Of a stretch of 64,000 nt of DNA, positions 35,815 to 46,028 are shown in pieces. Position 1 is the first letter of the stretch. Each line of letters starts with the position of its first letter. Made by a program: the position numbers and the translations under genes. The stretch lies in contig CAZICT010000002.1 of assembly GCA_964537935.1 (NCBI GenBank), positions 12,922 through 76,921 on the forward strand, in the 5' to 3' direction. The notes under the pieces are model-generated. The model had not been told where the DNA came from and ran no database searches. It saw only the letters and a list, made by a program, of their open reading frames with translations. The DNA comes from an uncultured Candidatus Saccharibacteria bacterium (GTDB lineage: Bacteria; Patescibacteriota; Saccharimonadia; Saccharimonadales; CAZICT01).

Positions 35815-37239
35815 ATGCGCAATAACGCGACTTTCGTCTATGCAATCTTTCTGGTTATCGGTGATTTCCTAGCCCTGCTCGCAGCTTTCACTATTGCCTA
35901 TATCCTCCGGGTAAAGGTTGATCCGCGGCCACTGATTGAACAAATTCCGGCATCAGAATACTTAGTGGCCTTTTTGGCGGTATTGCCACTATGGATTCTC
36001 GTCCATGCTTTCATCGGACTCTACAATCAGAACGTCTACGAAAAGCGCTTTTCAGAGATGGGCCGTTTGATGGTCGGCTCATTCATTGGAATTCTCATAG
36101 TTATCGGCTATGACTTTGTGGTTGAAGGCAGTATTTTCCCGGCACGTCTTGTCCCGGTTTATGGATTACTTTTAGGCTTTAGCTTACTATTGCTCTTCAG
36201 GTCAGTCGCACGCATACTGCGCCGAGCCTTGTTTCGCTACGGTTTTGGTGTAAGTAATATCCTAATTATCGGTGATACGCCGGTAAGCGATTCCATTGCC
36301 CGCACGATAGGTGATACAAAAAATACCGGTACCATGGTGCTAGGCATTGTCGGGCGCAGTCAAAATACTTCTTTTACTTCGTTTAAAACGTTCAACGAAG
36401 CCGTCGAAAAACTCAACCTGCCCCTTCACGGTGTCATTCAAACCGAACTTTATAAGGATCAGTTAAAAAATAATGACATCCTGCAGCATTGCCGAGTTAA
36501 TCATGTTTCTTACCGCTTCGTTCCGGGGAATAGCGACCTATTTGTCGGCAACATCGATGTCGAATTATTTGCCGACCTGCCAATGATAGCTGTCCACCAA
36601 ACCGCGCTTGTCGGTTGGGGTCGTATTGTTAAACGTATCTTCGATTTAATCTTGACCTTCTTATTGCTTATCATTCTTTCTCCTGTGTTCTTAATTATTG
36701 CCGTATTGTCCAAGCTGTTCGATCCGTCAGGTTCTATTTTTTTCCGCCAAGTGCGTCTCACGCGCTTCAATAAGGAATTCAGTGTTTTCAAGTTCCGTAC
36801 GCAATACAGTAAGTACGATGGCACTACACCGGAAGAAGCTTTCAGCAAGATGGGTAAACCGGAATTAGCCGGATTGTATCGGGCTAATGGTGATTTTCTG
36901 CCGGATGATCCGCGCATTACGCCGTTTGGTAAATTCCTTAGACTCAGTAGCTTGGACGAGTTGCCTCAGTTATTCAATGTTATTAAAGGAGATTTAAGCC
37001 TGGTCGGGCCACGTGCGCTTATTCCCCAAGAACTCAACGCTTATGAAAAGAAACATACTATCCTGGCAGTTAAATCAGGGCTTACCGGTCTGGCCCAAAT
37101 TTCCGGCCGTCGTGATATCAGCTTCGAGGAGCGGCGCAAGCTGGACCTTTACTATGTTCAGAATTGGAGCTTCTGGCTCGATGTGTCTATCCTGCTTCGT
37201 ACGCTGCGCGTGGTCATAACCGGAAGCGGCGCCAAGTAG
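35815..37239 (+). CDS. Polyprenyl-phosphate phosphoglycosyl transferase (WbaP/EpsB-type bacterial sugar transferase; pathway initiator)
   Basis: Four N-terminal TM helices, a central Rossmann-like region and a C-terminal Bac_transf core (KRIFDL...SPVFL..A...K....G..FF.Q.R.....F...KFRT...LDELPQLFNVIKGDLSLVGPR). Confidence 0.9.
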   Translation: MRNNATFVYAIFLVIGDFLALLAAFTIAYILRVKVDPRPLIEQIPASEYLVAFLAVLPLWILVHAFIGLYNQNVYEKRFSEMGRLMVGSFIGILIVIGYDFVVEGSIFPARLVPVYGLLLGFSLLLLFRSVARILRRALFRYGFGVSNILIIGDTPVSDSIARTIGDTKNTGTMVLGIVGRSQNTSFTSFKTFNEAVEKLNLPLHGVIQTELYKDQLKNNDILQHCRVNHVSYRFVPGNSDLFVGNIDVELFADLPMIAVHQTALVGWGRIVKRIFDLILTFLLLIILSPVFLIIAVLSKLFDPSGSIFFRQVRLTRFNKEFSVFKFRTQYSKYDGTTPEEAFSKMGKPELAGLYRANGDFLPDDPRITPFGKFLRLSSLDELPQLFNVIKGDLSLVGPRALIPQELNAYEKKHTILAVKSGLTGLAQISGRRDISFEERRKLDLYYVQNWSFWLDVSILLRTLRVVITGSGAK

Positions 37240-37280
37240 GAATTTACATTTATCATTTTTCAATTCACAATTGTTTATAA

Positions 37281-37652
37281 ATGACCATTTATCAAAACAA
37301 GCTGCAAGATCTAGAACAACGTACTGTTTCTTTCAGTGTTTCAGTAGTTAATAAGTGCGGCAAATACTCAAAAAACCCTACACTGCAATCCCTTATTTCC
37401 CAAGTTATTAGATCGGCAACCAGTATAGGTGCAAATTATGCCGAAGCGAATAACGCCAGCTCAAAAGCCGACTTTAAGAATAAAATTTACATTGCTAAAA
37501 AGGAAGCTGCCGAAACCCGCTACTGGTTACGTGTTCTCACAGAAATACTTCCCAGCGAAGATTTTTCTGATCTACAGCAAGAAGCACTCGAACTTACATT
37601 AATATTTCAAAAAATAGTTACGACTATAAAAAACGGAAAGCCTGATAATTAG
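37281..37652 (+). CDS. Four-helix-bundle protein (23S rRNA intervening-sequence protein family)
   Basis: IRSATSIGANYAEA...F..K..IA.KEA.ET.YWL signature of the family. The gene is locally AT-richer than both neighbours. Confidence 0.8.
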   Translation: MTIYQNKLQDLEQRTVSFSVSVVNKCGKYSKNPTLQSLISQVIRSATSIGANYAEANNASSKADFKNKIYIAKKEAAETRYWLRVLTEILPSEDFSDLQQEALELTLIFQKIVTTIKNGKPDN

Positions 37653-37654
37653 TA

Positions 37655-37696
37655 AATGGAAAATAATTTAGCTAATGGAAAAAGCAAAATGGAAAA
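37655..37696 (+). repeat. Three copies of AATGGAAAA within 42 nt at the junction of the four-helix-bundle gene and the GT4 gene
   Basis: Copies at 37655-37663, 37674-37682 and 37688-37696. Two of them supply in-frame ATG codons (37656, 37689). Confidence 0.7.
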
Positions 37697-38894
37697 TACG
37701 CCCACACTGCGCGTCGCTATTGTCCACGACTGGCTTTACGGCGGCGGTGCCGAGCGGGTAGTCCAGGAACTTCACACGCTTTACCCTGAAGCACCGATCT
37801 ACACCTCTTACTGTACTGAAGAATGGCGTCAAAAGCTGGACAACAAAGTTGTTACCGGGTATTTAAACCGCTGGCCGTTCAACCAGCTCCGAAAATTCTT
37901 ACCATTGTTGCGCATCTGGTGGTTCCGTAGTCTTGACTTGTCTGATTACGACTTGGTTATCAGTTCAAGCGGCAACGGCGAAGCCAAGCACATCAAACTG
38001 GAAGGTGGAAGGTGGAAGACGGAAGGTGATACCGCCAATAAGCCAACTTCTAAAGCAGTCCGAAATGATAAACGACAAATGATAAATGCTCAATTGGACC
38101 GGCAGTTGCCGGTTCATGTCTGTTACACGCACACACCCGTTCACTTCTATTGGCGGCATTACGATTACTACCTGAAACAGCCTGGATTTGGGATATTTAA
38201 TCCGTTGGCACGTCTTGGGCTTAGACTGCTTGTCAGGCCGCTCCGCAAAGCTGATTACAAGGCTGCCCAAAAAGTTGATTATTTCATCGCTAATTCAAAC
38301 CACATAAAAGACGATATTAAGAGGTACTATGGTCGTGACGCGGCCGTAGTTCACCCGCCGGTCGACATTGACCGGTTCAAAAAAGTGGCGTTTACCAAAC
38401 GCGAAGGTTTTGTAACCGTCGGCAGACTCGTGCCGAATAAGCGCGTTGATGTTATTGTGCAGGCCTGTTCACGACTAAATCTGCCGCTAACCGTAGTCGG
38501 CCGCGGACCGGACTTGCCACGGCTCAAAAAACTGGCTGGTCCTTCCGTAGTCTTTGACACAGTAGCAAGCGACCAGGCAGTCGTTGAATACATGGCCCGA
38601 GCCAAGGCATTCTTATTTGCCAGTTTTGAAGATTTTGGCATCACGCCGGTTGAAGCCATGGCAGCCGGTACACCGGTAATCGCCTACAAAGCCGGTGGGG
38701 CCCTTGATTATATTCAGGCTGGCAAGACTGGAATGTTCTTTGAAGAACAAACTGCCGAGTCACTCATAACAGCACTTACAGCATTTGATCCACAAAAATA
38801 TTCATCTGATGATATAAAAAAGGCTGCAGAAAAATTCTCAAGCGAAAACTTCCGTAAAAACTTGCGCCAAACGATAATCTCCGTACTACAATAA
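37656..38894 (+). CDS. Glycosyltransferase family 4 (GT-B)
   Basis: RVAIVHDWL..GGAE start and C-terminal E..G....EAMA.G.PVIA signature. The start is 37656 or 37689. It contains a roughly 40-aa basic segment encoded partly by GGAAGGT repeats (38000-38028). Confidence 0.85.
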   Translation: MENNLANGKSKMENTPTLRVAIVHDWLYGGGAERVVQELHTLYPEAPIYTSYCTEEWRQKLDNKVVTGYLNRWPFNQLRKFLPLLRIWWFRSLDLSDYDLVISSSGNGEAKHIKLEGGRWKTEGDTANKPTSKAVRNDKRQMINAQLDRQLPVHVCYTHTPVHFYWRHYDYYLKQPGFGIFNPLARLGLRLLVRPLRKADYKAAQKVDYFIANSNHIKDDIKRYYGRDAAVVHPPVDIDRFKKVAFTKREGFVTVGRLVPNKRVDVIVQACSRLNLPLTVVGRGPDLPRLKKLAGPSVVFDTVASDQAVVEYMARAKAFLFASFEDFGITPVEAMAAGTPVIAYKAGGALDYIQAGKTGMFFEEQTAESLITALTAFDPQKYSSDDIKKAAEKFSSENFRKNLRQTIISVLQ

Positions 38895-38966
38895 CCACTG
38901 CTACAAGCATGTTTGATAATTGATCAGCGAGCTCAGTCGGTAATTGATAAATTAGGAAATGTTTCT

Positions 38967-40826
38967 ATGTGCGGAATCGTTGGATATATCGGACAAAAAC
39001 AAGCAGCCCACCCAATCATAAATGGCCTAAAGGCGCTTGAATATCGTGGCTATGACTCAGCCGGCATAGCACTTTTAACGGAAGAGGGCGCACTTAACGT
39101 TAAGCAAGTCGGCCGCGTTGAAGCGCTCGAAGCCGAGTTGTCAGAAGCATTGTTACAGTCAGCAACTGCAAGCAGGCCAGCTGGCGCAGCAGTCGAGGTG
39201 GCGGTTGGGCACACGCGCTGGGCCACCCACGGCGCCCCCACTACCGCTAACGCCCATCCGCACACCAATCAGGACAAAACAATCTTCGTAGTTCATAACG
39301 GTATTATCGAAAACTACCAGGACCTTAAGCATATGCTTCAAAAAGCTGGCTATACGTTTGATTCAGATACCGATACCGAAGTTATCCCACACCTTATTGA
39401 TTATTATCTTAAGCAGGAAAAATCTTTCACGAGCGCATTTAAAAAAGCCCTGACTGACCTGGTTGGTGCTTACGCAATTGCCGCCCTTCATACAAAAACA
39501 CCCAATAAGCTGTTTGCAGCCAAGTTGTCGAGTCCTTTGATTGTAGGCGTCGGGAAAAATGAATATTTTTTAGCCTCTGATGCAACTGCTATCATGGAGC
39601 ACACTAAAGAAGTTATCTACCTGGAGGATTATGAGCTCGCGACCATAACACCAGAGAGTGTAAATATACACAATTTTAAAAAGGCAGTTACGGTGCAGCG
39701 GGCTGCTGAGCAGCTTGATTACGATTACGAAAAATCTGCTTTAGGCGACTTTCCTAACTTCATGCTTAAAGAAATCCACGAAGCACCGCAAACAATCCAA
39801 ACTGCCACACGTGGTCGGGTACGGGCCGATACTGGCACGATAAAGCTTGGGGGACTGGAAAGCGTGCGGGAACAGCTGCGATTTATTGACCGTATTGTCA
39901 TAGTTGCTTGCGGAACTTCATATTATGCGGGGCTTGTCGGAGAGTATCTTATAGAAGAACTGGCCGGTATTCCGGTCGAGGTTCAGCTGGCTTCAGAATT
40001 TAAATACCGCAATGAACCGTTCTCACGCAGTACCGCTCTGCTCGCAATCTCTCAGTCAGGCGAGACTGCTGACACTATTGCCGCTATCAAAAAGGTCGAA
40101 GGCTACGGCGTATTAAGACTAGGCATAGTAAACGCCGTGGGTTCAACCATTGCTCGTATCACTGATGCTGGCGTTTACTGTCACGCCGGACCGGAGCAAT
40201 CAGTCGCTAGCACCAAAGCCTTTATCGCCCAGGTGACTGTGCTTAGTGAGATTGCCCTGTTTCTAGCTCAAGGTAAAACCAGTCTTTATAGACCCTTATT
40301 GACCGAACTTACAGCCTTACCCGAAAAAGCTAAAGCGGTTCTTAAGTCTGCTAAACAGATTCAGCGGTTGGCCAAGAAGTATGCACACTATCGGGATTTT
40401 CTTTACTTGGGTAGAAATTATGGCTTTCCCTGTGCCCTTGAGGGTGCTCTAAAACTTAAAGAAATTTCATATATCCATGCCGAAGGCTATGCTGCGGGCG
40501 AGATGAAACATGGCCCATTAGCCATGATAGACAAAAACTTTCCCACTTTTGCCATTGCCACCAAATCAGCTTTACTAGATAAAACGCTGTCAAATATTGA
40601 AGAAATCAAAGCCAGAAAAGGACCGATAGTTGCAATCGCAACCGAGGGCGATACTAAGGTTAAGAAGCTAACTAAAGACATCTTGTATATTCCTGAGGTT
40701 GTCGAACAGTTACAGCCGCTACTTATCGCGATCGTATTACAGTTGTTCGCATACTACGTTGCATCCGAGAAGGGTTTGGATGTCGACCGCCCGCGTAACC
40801 TCGCCAAATCCGTCACAGTCGAATAA
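38967..40826 (+). CDS. glmS: Glutamine--fructose-6-phosphate aminotransferase (isomerizing)
   Basis: MCGIVGY N-terminal nucleophile start at 38967, two SIS domains and the C-terminal NLAKSVTVE. The track start at 38913 adds 18 non-homologous residues. Confidence 0.95.
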   Translation: MCGIVGYIGQKQAAHPIINGLKALEYRGYDSAGIALLTEEGALNVKQVGRVEALEAELSEALLQSATASRPAGAAVEVAVGHTRWATHGAPTTANAHPHTNQDKTIFVVHNGIIENYQDLKHMLQKAGYTFDSDTDTEVIPHLIDYYLKQEKSFTSAFKKALTDLVGAYAIAALHTKTPNKLFAAKLSSPLIVGVGKNEYFLASDATAIMEHTKEVIYLEDYELATITPESVNIHNFKKAVTVQRAAEQLDYDYEKSALGDFPNFMLKEIHEAPQTIQTATRGRVRADTGTIKLGGLESVREQLRFIDRIVIVACGTSYYAGLVGEYLIEELAGIPVEVQLASEFKYRNEPFSRSTALLAISQSGETADTIAAIKKVEGYGVLRLGIVNAVGSTIARITDAGVYCHAGPEQSVASTKAFIAQVTVLSEIALFLAQGKTSLYRPLLTELTALPEKAKAVLKSAKQIQRLAKKYAHYRDFLYLGRNYGFPCALEGALKLKEISYIHAEGYAAGEMKHGPLAMIDKNFPTFAIATKSALLDKTLSNIEEIKARKGPIVAIATEGDTKVKKLTKDILYIPEVVEQLQPLLIAIVLQLFAYYVASEKGLDVDRPRNLAKSVTVE

Positions 40827-40829
40827 TTC

Positions 40830-40858
40830 TTGACATACATACATAAATTGTATACAAT
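40830..40858 (+). promoter_or_regulatory. Near-consensus promoter of vapBC giving a leaderless transcript
   Basis: TTGACA (40830-40835), 17-nt spacer, TACAAT (40853-40858), then 6 nt to the ATG at 40865. It starts 4 nt after the glmS stop. Confidence 0.6.
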
Positions 40859-40864
40859 GCATGC

Positions 40865-41122
40865 ATGAAACGCATACAATATACCATCCGCTCAATTCCG
40901 CCAACGGTTGATAGTAAACTTCGTGAGCACGCCAAGCGTACCGGCAAAAGCCTCAATGAAGTCGCTGTCGAAGCATTAAAAGCTGGTGCCGGTGTTTCCG
41001 GCAAACCTGTCACCTATACTGAGCTTGACTCTATTTTTGGAGCTGGAATTGCAGACTGTGATGCTTTTGATGATGCTCAGAATTGGCAAGAAGCACTACC
41101 TAACCCACTCATGGAGGATTAG
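40865..41122 (+). CDS. vapB: Type II antitoxin (ribbon-helix-helix, VapB/FitA-like)
   Basis: 85 aa. The N-terminus IRSIPPTVDSKLREHAKRTGKSLNEVAVEAL is RHH-like. It lies immediately upstream of a PIN toxin with a 2-nt gap. Confidence 0.7.
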   Translation: MKRIQYTIRSIPPTVDSKLREHAKRTGKSLNEVAVEALKAGAGVSGKPVTYTELDSIFGAGIADCDAFDDAQNWQEALPNPLMED

Positions 41123-41124
41123 CC

Positions 41125-41523
41125 GTGCCTACTGATTTAATTATCGACACAAGTGCATACACACATTTTTTGAATGGCTCTATGGGCGTCAAAGCCTACT
41201 TCACACAAACCCTGCGGCTGTATATTCCGCGGATAGTTTTAGGAGAGATTTACTTTGGAATTTTTAATGGCGTCAGACAAGCAGATAATTTACGCAACCT
41301 TCAGACATTGTTGGCATCCCCCCGCGTTGCGGACTTAGATACTTCAAAGCAAACTGCCAAAATCTACGGAGAAATTGCCGCCGAACTAAGAAAATCCGGC
41401 ACGCCAATACAGCAAAACGATATCTGGATTGCCGCCCTAGCTAAAGAACACGGCTTCCCTCTTTTATCATTTGACAGTGGTTTCAAGCACGTAATGGGCC
41501 TTGAGCTCATCCTCCCTACCTAG
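41125..41523 (+). CDS. vapC: PIN-domain ribonuclease toxin (VapC family)
   Basis: 132 aa with IIDTSAY (first acidic residue), internal E, ND.WIAA and F.SFD motifs. GTG start. Confidence 0.85.
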   Translation: MPTDLIIDTSAYTHFLNGSMGVKAYFTQTLRLYIPRIVLGEIYFGIFNGVRQADNLRNLQTLLASPRVADLDTSKQTAKIYGEIAAELRKSGTPIQQNDIWIAALAKEHGFPLLSFDSGFKHVMGLELILPT

Positions 41524-41526
41524 ACG

Positions 41527-41611
41527 CTACCACTAACTCCCAATCACCAATTCCTCAACACCCTTACCCATTCATTATCTACTACCTTCTAACTACTAAT
41601 TCCTACTTCCT
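41527..41611 (+). other. 85-nt G-free, C-rich tract (34 C, 0 G); candidate Rho-utilisation or other unstructured RNA element
   Basis: Direct count of 41527-41611 gives no G and 40 percent C. Internal quasi-repeats CTAACT x2 and AATTCCT x2. It starts 4 nt after the vapC stop. Confidence 0.4.
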
Positions 41612-42055
41612 GTGGCCTAGGGCTTGGTTTATACGGGTAGAAGAGTCTCGCTTTTCCACTTTGTGACTGCCCACACCAAACACCATTTCTATGTTGCACT
41701 CAATGCATGCTTGAGTTTCATTTTCTGGCAAAGCGTGTTTGTTTGGGTCACGATCACCGCCATTGGCAAAGATAAGCTCATCGTCAGGATATTTTTCACG
41801 TATTTTATGAAGCGTAACTGCTTGGCTCGCGTCTTCATCGGCACAAAGCATTACTTCGTCTACAAGTCGCAAAGACCGCATAAGCCGCATACGATTATCT
41901 TCGTCGAGTATGATCTTACCTTTCTTCATTATCTGTTGTTTGTCATTATTAACTATAACCACCAGCTTATCGCCCATTGCAGCCGCTGCTTCAATCATGT
42001 CTAAATGACCACCGTGCAATGGATTAAAGTAACCGCTCACAATCACTACCTTCAT
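41603..42055 (-). CDS. Cytidylyltransferase-like nucleotidyltransferase (HldC/RfaE-domain-II or TagD-like)
   Basis: MKVVIVSGYFNPLHGGHLDMI contains the H-x-G-H motif. 150 aa, single domain. Confidence 0.8.
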   Translation of the reverse strand: MKVVIVSGYFNPLHGGHLDMIEAAAAMGDKLVVIVNNDKQQIMKKGKIILDEDNRMRLMRSLRLVDEVMLCADEDASQAVTLHKIREKYPDDELIFANGGDRDPNKHALPENETQACIECNIEMVFGVGSHKVEKRDSSTRINQALGHRK

Positions 42056-42066
42056 TTCGTACTCCT

Positions 42067-42837
42067 TTACTGTAAAACGCTTATTATGCCTTCGATTGCA
42101 TACGAAGTATCATGCCAACTCCTAACAGCAATGTAGTCAATTCCCATCTCTTCAACCGGGTAGTCGTTGCCACCTGGCATAATCTTGTCACCCATAAATA
42201 ATATGTCTTCTTTAGTAAACGAAGTTTCGTCAATTAACTTCTGCATCCCATAGGCCTTATCAATGCCAGGGCGGGTTACGTCAATCGAAGTTGCACCTGC
42301 CGCCCGCACGCTGAACTCTGGTATTTTTTCTGCAACTATATCGCGTATTTTGAACTTCTTTTTACTGTCTGGATCCCATGCCTCTTTAATGCGTACCCCT
42401 TCTTCCCCCAGCTCGGCCACAATATCCTGGCCTAATACTGAAAGCGTAATTTGACTGTCACGATCTTCTATCGTTTCCCCGTATATTTTATCCTCTTTAT
42501 ATCCGGATTTATCCAAACCTTCCTTGAGAGCTTTGATTATCTTTTTCTTTTCCTCAGCAGTAAAATCTTCGGCATACATCATCTGCCATTTTTTATTCTT
42601 GTACTTATAGTAACGAGTACCGCTTGTAGGCATCAGATGCAATCGCGAGAGTAAGTGTTCTTCGCCGGTTATCTGAGTTAGAAACTGTCGCTCAAACAGC
42701 TCAAATTTTGCACCCGATATAACGCACACATCAAATTTCTCTAATAAGCGATTAAAAAGCGCCACCATCCTGGGGTCAAAATGAGACTTACTGGGCGCTA
42801 ACGTTCCGTCCAAATCAAAGGCGATAAGTTTTTTCAT
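42067..42837 (-). CDS. HAD-IIB hydrolase, phosphomannomutase-like (eukaryotic-type PMM / Cof family)
   Basis: FDLDGTLAPS nucleophile motif, cap domain, and GDK...GGNDY near the C-terminus. Confidence 0.7.
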   Translation of the reverse strand: MKKLIAFDLDGTLAPSKSHFDPRMVALFNRLLEKFDVCVISGAKFELFERQFLTQITGEEHLLSRLHLMPTSGTRYYKYKNKKWQMMYAEDFTAEEKKKIIKALKEGLDKSGYKEDKIYGETIEDRDSQITLSVLGQDIVAELGEEGVRIKEAWDPDSKKKFKIRDIVAEKIPEFSVRAAGATSIDVTRPGIDKAYGMQKLIDETSFTKEDILFMGDKIMPGGNDYPVEEMGIDYIAVRSWHDTSYAIEGIISVLQ

Positions 42838-42854
42838 ATCGCCATTGTAGCAAA

Positions 42855-42866
42855 CATAGGCCTATG
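42855..42866. promoter_or_regulatory. Perfect 12-bp palindrome CATAGGCCTATG, 18 nt upstream of the PMM-like gene
   Basis: Read directly from the sequence. Located in the 179-nt divergent region between the PMM-like gene and rfbB. Confidence 0.25.
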
Positions 42867-42974
42867 GAATTTAAGGCTAAGCTAAGGCATTGACTCCGAT
42901 AGGTGTCTAAAATTTTAACCAAAGTTTCAGTTATAAATTGTTGTATTAGTTATTCAGAATATACTTAGCCATAA

Positions 42975-44015
<1,041 letters not shown>

Positions 44016-44103
44016 TCACCCAAGATATCAGGACCGTAGGCAGCGTCCTAAAAACCATGGATAGTTTAATCAATTGCTTAAACTAAGGTATTATGTACCA
44101 GTT

Positions 44104-44967
44104 ATGAAGGGAGTCATTTTAGCGGGTGGAAGCGGAACGCGCTTGTACCCAATCACAAAAGGCATTTCTAAGCAGCTGATGCCGATTTATGACAAGCCGA
44201 TGATTTACTACCCATTGAGCACTCTTATGATGGCGGGTATCAAAGATATATTGATTATTACAACCCCGCACGACCAAGGGCAGTTTAAACGGCTTTTAGG
44301 TGATGGATCAGAATGGGGTATATCGCTTAGCTATGCGGTGCAGCCTAAGCCAGAGGGGCTTGCTCAAGCCTTTATTATTGGTGAAGATTTTATCGGTAAT
44401 GACAAAGTAGCGCTCATTTTGGGTGATAACATTTTCTATGGACACGGATTCGGTGCAAGTCTCCGGGCATGCACTGATCCGGACGGTGGAATTATATTTG
44501 CTTATCAAGTATCAGACCCGGAGCGCTACGGTGTAGTGGAGTTCGATGAAAACATGAAAGCAGTTTCTATAGAAGAAAAGCCTCAGCAACCCAAGTCTGA
44601 TTATGCGGTTGTAGGGCTCTATTTTTATGACAACAGCGTAGTAGAGATTGCCAAGAATATTCAGCCAAGTGAACGTGGGGAGCTAGAAATCACGACCGTC
44701 AATGAAGAGTACCTGAAGCGCGGCAAACTAAAGGTAGAAACCATGGATCGTGGATCTGCTTGGCTTGATACCGGCACATTCGAATCTATGAATGACGCCA
44801 GCGAGTACATCAAAGTCATAGAAAAGCGCACCGGACTTAAGATCGGCTGCCCTGAAGAAATAGCTTACCGTGAAGGATATATTACCGCCGAACAGCTCCA
44901 GAAGCTTGCAGAACCGCTCAAAAAATCTGGTTACGGTAAATATCTTTTAGACTTACTGGAAGGCTGA
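44104..44967 (+). CDS. rfbA: Glucose-1-phosphate thymidylyltransferase
   Basis: [18 protein letters not shown] start and the family-typical length (287 aa). The track start at 44074 adds 10 residues. Confidence 0.92.
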   Translation: MKGVILAGGSGTRLYPITKGISKQLMPIYDKPMIYYPLSTLMMAGIKDILIITTPHDQGQFKRLLGDGSEWGISLSYAVQPKPEGLAQAFIIGEDFIGNDKVALILGDNIFYGHGFGASLRACTDPDGGIIFAYQVSDPERYGVVEFDENMKAVSIEEKPQQPKSDYAVVGLYFYDNSVVEIAKNIQPSERGELEITTVNEEYLKRGKLKVETMDRGSAWLDTGTFESMNDASEYIKVIEKRTGLKIGCPEEIAYREGYITAEQLQKLAEPLKKSGYGKYLLDLLEG

Positions 44968-45080
44968 TTTCCTAAGTAAGCTATATTATAGAAATTTTAT
45001 AATGAATATGGTATAGTATAGAAACTGATATTTTAGACTCTCTTTTTATTTTAATTACCTGATAAAATAGTACTTAGCTT

Positions 45081-46028
45081 ATGAAACTCATAGTTCAAAT
45101 TCCCTGCTATAACGAAGAGCAGACATTACCAGATGTGCTTGAAACTATTCCTAAAAAAATAGAAGGAATAGATTCTATAGAGATTCTTGTTATAGACGAC
45201 GGCTCTAAGGATAGGACACTTGAAGTTGCTAAAAAACACGGCGTTAAACATTTTGTAATCCACAAACGCAATCAGGGGTTAGCAAAGAGCTTCAAGGACG
45301 GGCTTGATAAAGCGCTTAAGTTAGGTGCAGACATTATAGTCAACACCGATGGTGATAATCAGTATCCTCAGAAAGACATAGGCAAGCTAGTGCAGCCAAT
45401 TCTAGACGAAAAAGCCGACATCGTTGTAGCGGACCGCCAAACAGCCACTATTGAACATTTTTCACCTCTAAAAAAATACTTCCAAAAATTTGGTAGCAAA
45501 ATAGTAAACATGGCTGCTGGCACAGATATTCCTGATGCAGTCAGTGGCTTCCGGGCTTATTCAAAAGAAGCAGCTCTACAAATGGTTGTTATAAATTCCT
45601 TCAGCTACTGTACTGAAACTATTATCCACGCAGGAAGAAAGAAAATTGCTATAACATCCGTGCCTATCACAACAAACCCACCGACCCGCAAGTCACGTTT
45701 ATTTAAGAACATGTGGCACCACATGTACTTAAGTGCGCGCGTGATTCTAAAGAGTTACTTTATGTATCAGCCTATTAAAATGTTTTTCACACCTGCAGTC
45801 GTACTGTGTACGCTTGCTCTTGTACCATTTGTGCGTTATTTAATTCTGAGCTATGTGGAGCGCAACGCTGGATCTCACATCCAATCCCTGATAGCTGGTA
45901 CAGTGTTGTTTATTACGGGTTTTCTATTCTTGGTACTCGGTATACTCGCTGACCTCATTCGAACCAACCGCATAATAAATGAGGACTTGCTATACCGAAT
46001 TAAGAAGTCCCAATTAGATGAAAAGTAA
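45081..46028 (+). CDS. GT2 polyprenyl-phosphate glycosyltransferase (GtrB / DPM1 / ArnC-like) with C-terminal TM helices
   Basis: IPCYNEE, VIDDGSKD and TDGDNQ (DxD) motifs, followed by two C-terminal TM helices. Confidence 0.85.
   Translation: MKLIVQIPCYNEEQTLPDVLETIPKKIEGIDSIEILVIDDGSKDRTLEVAKKHGVKHFVIHKRNQGLAKSFKDGLDKALKLGADIIVNTDGDNQYPQKDIGKLVQPILDEKADIVVADRQTATIEHFSPLKKYFQKFGSKIVNMAAGTDIPDAVSGFRAYSKEAALQMVVINSFSYCTETIIHAGRKKIAITSVPITTNPPTRKSRLFKNMWHHMYLSARVILKSYFMYQPIKMFFTPAVVLCTLALVPFVRYLILSYVERNAGSHIQSLIAGTVLFITGFLFLVLGILADLIRTNRIINEDLLYRIKKSQLDEK

Noticed and set aside
38000-38028. Tandem GGAAGGT units considered as a CRISPR or VNTR-like array
   Set aside because: There are only about 3-4 short degenerate units without spacers, lying inside a coding frame. 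This is not a CRISPR array. It is reported only as part of the GT4 insertion observation.
38895-38966. Possible glmS ribozyme upstream of glmS
   Set aside because: Only 72 nt separate the genes, far shorter than the ribozyme core, and no conserved core sequence is recognisable. The direct repeat TAATTGAT (twice) is noted but too weak to call.
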